DNA of 38,721 nucleotides from an uncultured Candidatus Saccharibacteria bacterium (GTDB taxonomy: Bacteria; Patescibacteriota; Minisyncoccia; UBA6257; UBA11618). The notes beneath the pieces were generated by a model. It searched no databases, had not been told where the DNA came from, and was given only the letters and a program-made list of their open reading frames with translations. The stretch is from positions 1-38,721 of the forward strand of contig CAZATK010000003.1 in NCBI GenBank assembly GCA_964488085.1, read 5' to 3'. Made by a program: the position numbers and the translations under genes. Shown here one piece after another: positions 34,106 to 38,721 of the stretch (within the stretch, counting starts at the first letter, position 1; each line of letters starts with the position of its first letter).

Positions 34106-35941
34106 CTACTCCACCGTCACGCTTTTTGCTAAATTTCTTGGCTTGTCCACATCATAACCCTTTAAAATTCCCGAATAATAAGCAAGTAGCTGTAAAGGGA
34201 TTATATTAATCATTGGTTCCAGCTGTTCTAATGTTGCAGGAACATAAATTACATCATTAGCTATTTTGCCAATTATTTTATCTCCTTTAGTAGCAATTGC
34301 GATTATCTTGCCACCCCTGGCTTTTATTTCTTCTAAATTGGACAGCATTTTTTCATAAATATTATTTTTAGTGACTATTGCGATTGTTGGAAAATTAGCG
34401 TCAATTAACGCTAAAGGGCCATGCTTCATTTCTCCTCCGGCATAACCCTCCGCATGAATATAAGACAATTCCTTTATTTTTAAAGCGCCTTCTAATGCAG
34501 TCGGATAATTATATCCCCTGCCTAAATATAGAAAATTTTTATAGTGTTGATATTTAACCGCTATTTTTTTTACTGATTCTGATTGTTTTAAAACTAATTT
34601 TATTTTTTCGGAAATTTGCCCTAGCTCATCTATTAAATCCTTTTTTAATAAAGAAGATTTATTGTTAGCCATATACAACGCCATCATAGTCAAGATTATA
34701 AGTTGAGAAAGAAATGCCTTTGTAGAAGCGACACTAATTTCTGCTCCGGCCCTATTGTAAACTCCAGCTTTTGTTTCTCGAGCAATGGAAGAACCGACAA
34801 CATTTACAATGCCCAAGGATAATAATTTTTTGGCATTAATTTTTTTTAATGCCGCCAAAGTGTCGGCTGTTTCCCCTGATTGAGAAATGAATAAGTAGGC
34901 CGTATCTCTTCTTAAAGAATTTTTTCTGTAACGAAATTCTGAAGCAATTGTTAATTCCACGGGAAAATCTGCTATTTCTTCAAACAACATTTCTCCCACC
35001 ATGCCCGCATAATAAGAAGTTCCGCAAGCCACTATTTCAAGACGGCGAATATTTTTTAATTTTTTATATATCATATCTAATCCTCCCAATTTAATTAAAT
35101 TCTTTTCTGGCAAAAGACGCCCCAAAAGACTATCGCGAATTATATTTGGAATATCGTGAATTTCTTTAAGCATAAAATGTGGGAAATTTCCCTTTTGCGC
35201 TTGTTCTGGATTTAAATCTAAATGTTCAATATGAGGACGAGCCGGCCCTATTTCGAAACCATCTAAAGATAAACGCCCAACTTGTCCGTCTTTTAAATAA
35301 ATAACTTTTTTAGCCAAACCAGCTAAAGCTGCTGGATCAGAGACGACAAAGTATTCGTGTGATGGTGAACCTATACCAACAATTAACGGACTACCTAAGC
35401 GAGCTATATACAAAACGCCTGGTTCATTTTTATTAATTACGGCAAAAGCATAAGCACCTCTAATTTCTTTTAGCGCTAATTTAAACGCCAAAAAAAAGTT
35501 TTTCTCTTCCGCCGGCTGGCGGATCAACTTTTCTTCAATGAGATGCGCTGCGATTTCGGTGTCAGTTTGAGAATAAAATTTATGTCCTTTTTTTGTTAGT
35601 TCTACTTTTAACTCTCTGTAGTTTTCTATAATTCCGTTGTGAACAACAAAAATATTATTTGAACAATCATGATGGGGATGAGCGTTGGTTTCATTAGGAA
35701 TGCCGTGAGTTGCCCAACGAGTGTGAGCAATAGCAACTTTCCCATGTTGAGCTTTAAAACCTTTAACTTTTTCGTCTAAGTGAACAAGTTTTCCAACTGA
35801 TTTAATTAAATGTAAATTACTATCAGAATCAAAAAAAACTACACCGGCAGAATCATATCCCCTATATTCCAAACCATGCAAACATTTTAATGTAGTAGAT
35901 AGACCGTCCTTTGGTCCTATATAACCTGTTATTCCGCACAT
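34106..35941 (-). CDS. glmS: glutamine--fructose-6-phosphate aminotransferase
   Basis: MCGITGYIG N-terminal nucleophile, two SIS domains and a C-terminal KSVTVE. Confidence 0.95.
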   Translation of the reverse strand: MCGITGYIGPKDGLSTTLKCLHGLEYRGYDSAGVVFFDSDSNLHLIKSVGKLVHLDEKVKGFKAQHGKVAIAHTRWATHGIPNETNAHPHHDCSNNIFVVHNGIIENYRELKVELTKKGHKFYSQTDTEIAAHLIEEKLIRQPAEEKNFFLAFKLALKEIRGAYAFAVINKNEPGVLYIARLGSPLIVGIGSPSHEYFVVSDPAALAGLAKKVIYLKDGQVGRLSLDGFEIGPARPHIEHLDLNPEQAQKGNFPHFMLKEIHDIPNIIRDSLLGRLLPEKNLIKLGGLDMIYKKLKNIRRLEIVACGTSYYAGMVGEMLFEEIADFPVELTIASEFRYRKNSLRRDTAYLFISQSGETADTLAALKKINAKKLLSLGIVNVVGSSIARETKAGVYNRAGAEISVASTKAFLSQLIILTMMALYMANNKSSLLKKDLIDELGQISEKIKLVLKQSESVKKIAVKYQHYKNFLYLGRGYNYPTALEGALKIKELSYIHAEGYAGGEMKHGPLALIDANFPTIAIVTKNNIYEKMLSNLEEIKARGGKIIAIATKGDKIIGKIANDVIYVPATLEQLEPMINIIPLQLLAYYSGILKGYDVDKPRNLAKSVTVE

Positions 35942-35994
35942 TGTTAGTATGGTATAAGATTATACGAAAAAAATGAAGCTCTTATGGAGCTCCA

Positions 35995-36258
35995 TTATTC
36001 ATCAAATTCGTCTTCTTCTCTGTATTGAGTAATATCACAAGAGTCATCATCGTCGTCTGTATTTCTATTGTGCAATTTCAGACAATTTCTCCCATTTTCA
36101 TAACCACTTTCAAACGCCCTATTAACTGCAAAAAAAATAGAGAAGGCGCCGGCAATAATCATTGCGCCCTCTAATGTTGGAAAATATTTAGCAAAAACCA
36201 ATAAAGCAGTCCCAAATATAGCAATAAAATACAAGATGATAATGCCTTTCTTTTTCAT
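35995..36258 (-). CDS. small membrane protein with acidic C-terminal tail (87 aa)
   Basis: Two TM helices, then NTDDDDDSCDITQYREEDEFDE. Confidence 0.45.
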   Translation of the reverse strand: MKKKGIIILYFIAIFGTALLVFAKYFPTLEGAMIIAGAFSIFFAVNRAFESGYENGRNCLKLHNRNTDDDDDSCDITQYREEDEFDE

Positions 36259-36301
36259 GAATTACTCTCCGAAGATCTCAAAATGCTAAATTGATAATAT
36301 T

Positions 36302-38596
36302 CTAAAATATAAAATTAATCAATTTATCGGGAATAAATATTAATTTTTTTGCCTTACGATTGCTTACCCACTTACTAATAAGACCTTCAGAAAAAACTGA
36401 TCCTTCAACTTGTTCCTGTAAAGACCCTCTCGGAACAGTTAAGTGTCCACGAACCTTACCGTTTATTTGTATAACTATTTCAACATTTTCTTCCTCTATT
36501 AATTTTTCATCCCATTGTGGCCATTGCTCATAATCAAGCAAGGACGAATTGCCTAAATTCTCCCAAAGCTCTTGGGTTAGATGAGGAGCAAAAGGAAATA
36601 GTAGCTTAATTATCAATTTACAATTTTCAATGCTCAAATTAGGAAGTTTTTCCATTTCATTAACTAGAATCATTAAAGCAGAAATAGCGGTGTTGAATTT
36701 AAAGTTTTGAATATCTTCAGTAACCTTTTTAATTGTTTTGTTTAAAGTTTTTTGAATTTCGTTGTTTGGAGTTTGTTTAGAATTTAGATTTTCGGATTTA
36801 GAGTTTATTAAATTCCACACTCTATTTAAAAATCTTTCTATACCAATAATACCGTGAATATCCCACGGCTTTGAATCGCCAAACGGTCCCATAAACATTT
36901 CGTAAACGCGCAATGAATCCGCGCCAAAATTTTCTGTTATTTCTTTAGCGCTTACAGTATTGTCTCTTGATTTAGACATTTTTTGCCCATCAGCCCCCAT
37001 AATCAAACCTTGATTCATTAATTTCTGAAAGGGTTCGGGGGTTGGAACGGCCTTGATATCATATAAAAATTTATGCCAAAACCTAGCATACAAAAGATGC
37101 AGTACGGCATGCTCAACTCCGCCAACATACAAATCAACCGGCAACCAATTTTTGAAAATATCTTTATATTCTGAAATCGGGAATTTAAAATTATTAGTTC
37201 CCTGCATTAAATACGCGAGATAATACCAACAAGACCCCGCCCATTGGGGCATAGTATTGGTTTCTCTTTTGGCCGATCCGCCACATTTAGGACACTGAAC
37301 ATTAACCCAACTTTCGATAACAGCTAATGGAGATTCTGCCTCGCCGGTAGGTTCATAACTTTTAACGTCGGGCAACACAACTGGCAAATCCTTTTCCGGA
37401 ACCGGCTGATTACCGCACTCTTTGCATTTAATAATAGGAATTGGTTCGCCCCAATATCTTTGACGGGAAAAAATCCAGTCTCTCAACTTATATTTAACCG
37501 CCTTTTCTCCGCTAAATTTAACCAACGGCTTATCAACAATGGGCAAATTAAATTTCTGTGCAAACTCTCGATCACGCTCATCGTGTTGAGGCACAGCCAT
37601 TACTGCGCCTGAACCATAATACCCTAAAACATAATCTGCCACCCAAACTGAAATCTCATTGTTATTAAATGGATTGATGGCTTTTATGCCCTTTAATTCA
37701 ACGCCGGTTTTCTCCTGCCCCTGTCGCATTAACTCGGTTTTGTGAAACGCCTCATCTACATATTTTTTAACTTCGTTATAATTTTCAATTTTTGATTTAC
37801 AATTTTCAATTAAGGAATGCTCTGGAGCGACAACTAAATAAGTAACACCGTCAATCGTATCCGGCCTTGTAGTAAATACATTAATTCGAAATTCTAAATT
37901 CGAAATTCTAAATTCTATTTCCGCTCCTTCAGATCTACCAATCCAATTCCTTTGCATTTCCTTCACTCTCTCCGGCCAGTCTAATCCTTCTAAATCATCA
38001 AGCAACCTGTCTGCATAAGAAGTAATTTTTAAAATCCACTGCTTTAAATTTCTTCTTTCAACCAAGCTATTGCATCTTTCGCATCTGCCATTAATCACCT
38101 CTTCATTGGCTAAAACAGTTTTGTCTTTGGGGCACCAATTAACTGGAATTTCCGCCTCATAAGCCAAGCCCGACTTAAACATTTGCAAAAAAATCCACTG
38201 TGTCCATTTGTAATATTCCGGATCAGTAGTATTTATTTCTCTATTCCAATCATAACTAAAGCCGATCATATTTAACTCCTCCTTAAAATTTTTAATATTT
38301 TCCTTAACGGCTACCGATGGATGAATTTTATTTTTAATAGCGTAATTTTCTGCCGGCAAACCAAAAGCATCCCATCCCATTGGATGAAGAACTTGATAAC
38401 CATTCATTCGATAAAAACGACTTATAATATCTGAACCCACATATCCGACTAAATGGCCAACGTGCAAACCGCTTCCGGAAGGATATGGAAACATATCCAA
38501 AATATATTTTTTTTCCCCATCGTGAGATTGCTTATGACCCTTTGTAGCCCATATTTTCTGCCACTTCTTTTCTATTTTTTTAAAATCGTATTGCAT
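36302..38596 (-). CDS. leuS: leucyl-tRNA synthetase
   Basis: PYPSGSGLHVGHLVGY (HIGH), KMSKSRDN (KMSKS), VFTTRPDT and a zinc-binding CPKC motif. Confidence 0.95.
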   Translation of the reverse strand: MQYDFKKIEKKWQKIWATKGHKQSHDGEKKYILDMFPYPSGSGLHVGHLVGYVGSDIISRFYRMNGYQVLHPMGWDAFGLPAENYAIKNKIHPSVAVKENIKNFKEELNMIGFSYDWNREINTTDPEYYKWTQWIFLQMFKSGLAYEAEIPVNWCPKDKTVLANEEVINGRCERCNSLVERRNLKQWILKITSYADRLLDDLEGLDWPERVKEMQRNWIGRSEGAEIEFRISNLEFRINVFTTRPDTIDGVTYLVVAPEHSLIENCKSKIENYNEVKKYVDEAFHKTELMRQGQEKTGVELKGIKAINPFNNNEISVWVADYVLGYYGSGAVMAVPQHDERDREFAQKFNLPIVDKPLVKFSGEKAVKYKLRDWIFSRQRYWGEPIPIIKCKECGNQPVPEKDLPVVLPDVKSYEPTGEAESPLAVIESWVNVQCPKCGGSAKRETNTMPQWAGSCWYYLAYLMQGTNNFKFPISEYKDIFKNWLPVDLYVGGVEHAVLHLLYARFWHKFLYDIKAVPTPEPFQKLMNQGLIMGADGQKMSKSRDNTVSAKEITENFGADSLRVYEMFMGPFGDSKPWDIHGIIGIERFLNRVWNLINSKSENLNSKQTPNNEIQKTLNKTIKKVTEDIQNFKFNTAISALMILVNEMEKLPNLSIENCKLIIKLLFPFAPHLTQELWENLGNSSLLDYEQWPQWDEKLIEEENVEIVIQINGKVRGHLTVPRGSLQEQVEGSVFSEGLISKWVSNRKAKKLIFIPDKLINFIF

Positions 38597-38635
38597 TTTT
38601 ATGATAAAATCTTACCATAAAAAACCCACGGTATA

Positions 38636-38721
38636 CTATTTTGTTTGTTCGGTTTCGATTTCTGTTTCCGATTCAGTAGCCATTCTTTCAGCACTACCAA
38701 ATCCAGTTCCTACAGGAATTA
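38636..38721 (-). CDS. rpoC: 3' end of a gene, probably RNA polymerase beta' subunit
   Basis: Manual translation gives ...IPVGTGFGSAERMATESETEIETEQTK*. The (I/L)P(A/V)GTG(F/M) motif near the C-terminus is typical of RpoC. Only 27 codons are visible. Confidence 0.4.
   Translation of the reverse strand, partial: IPVGTGFGSAERMATESETEIETEQTK

Noticed and set aside
35942-35994. glmS ribozyme upstream of glmS.
   Set aside because: Only about 53 nt separate glmS from the upstream gene, too short for the roughly 170-nt ribozyme, and no conserved core was seen.
37883-37917. 7-nt tandem repeat x5 (gaattta/gaatttc on the coding strand) inside leuS, considered as a possible slippage or contingency tract.
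   Set aside because: It is in frame as EFRISNLEFRIN, and it occupies the normal-length linker between the GRSEGAEIEF and VFTTRPDT motifs of LeuRS. Phase variation of an essential gene is implausible, so it is probably a chance feature of AT-rich coding sequence.
1-38721. CRISPR arrays, integrases or transposases, reverse transcriptase (DGR, retron), prophage genes and known defence systems.
   Set aside because: No regularly spaced direct repeats were found. No ORF carries recombinase (R..H..R..Y, or DDE), RT (YxDD) or Cas-like motifs. The accessory content here is limited to small cassettes and non-coding structured repeats.

Overview
This is an AT-rich bacterial chromosome segment, roughly mid-30s % GC by eye. 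Its gene content looks like a reduced-genome Patescibacteria/CPR-type organism, but that placement is inference only. The backbone is housekeeping: rpsF-ssb-rpsR, tatD, metG, glyQS, recO, rplS, dprA, topA, relA/spoT, parAB, guaB, glmS, leuS and an rpoC 3' end. It also carries an archaeal-type class V FBP aldolase/phosphatase, a DUF4012 protein, and six tRNAs (Gly-UCC, Leu-GAG, Val-GAC, Ile-GAU, Ser-CGA, Cys-GCA). No CRISPR array, integrase, transposase or reverse transcriptase is visible.

The unusual content is a set of short, GC-enriched, highly structured inserts in otherwise tight intergenic space:
- Partial tRNA duplications flank about 180-230 nt rod-like structured DNA next to tRNA-Gly and tRNA-Ile.
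- A self-contained GC-rich two-gene cassette, with a near-consensus promoter and strong terminator, sits between tRNA-Leu and the tRNA-Gly remnant.
- A 145-bp inverted repeat pair at about 98% identity, differing by a compensatory base-pair change, brackets a 4-kb four-gene segment.
- Just inside each repeat copy lies a multi-helix structured element of about 190-225 nt. One of them buries the SD and start codon of the adjacent gene.
- A GC-rich orphan gene of 428 aa shows motif-level resemblance to MYG1/UPF0160 (DHH superfamily) with altered metal motifs.
- Several small orphan cassettes lie next to tRNAs.

All calls come from reading the sequence and the ORF translations. No database search or folding computation was run.
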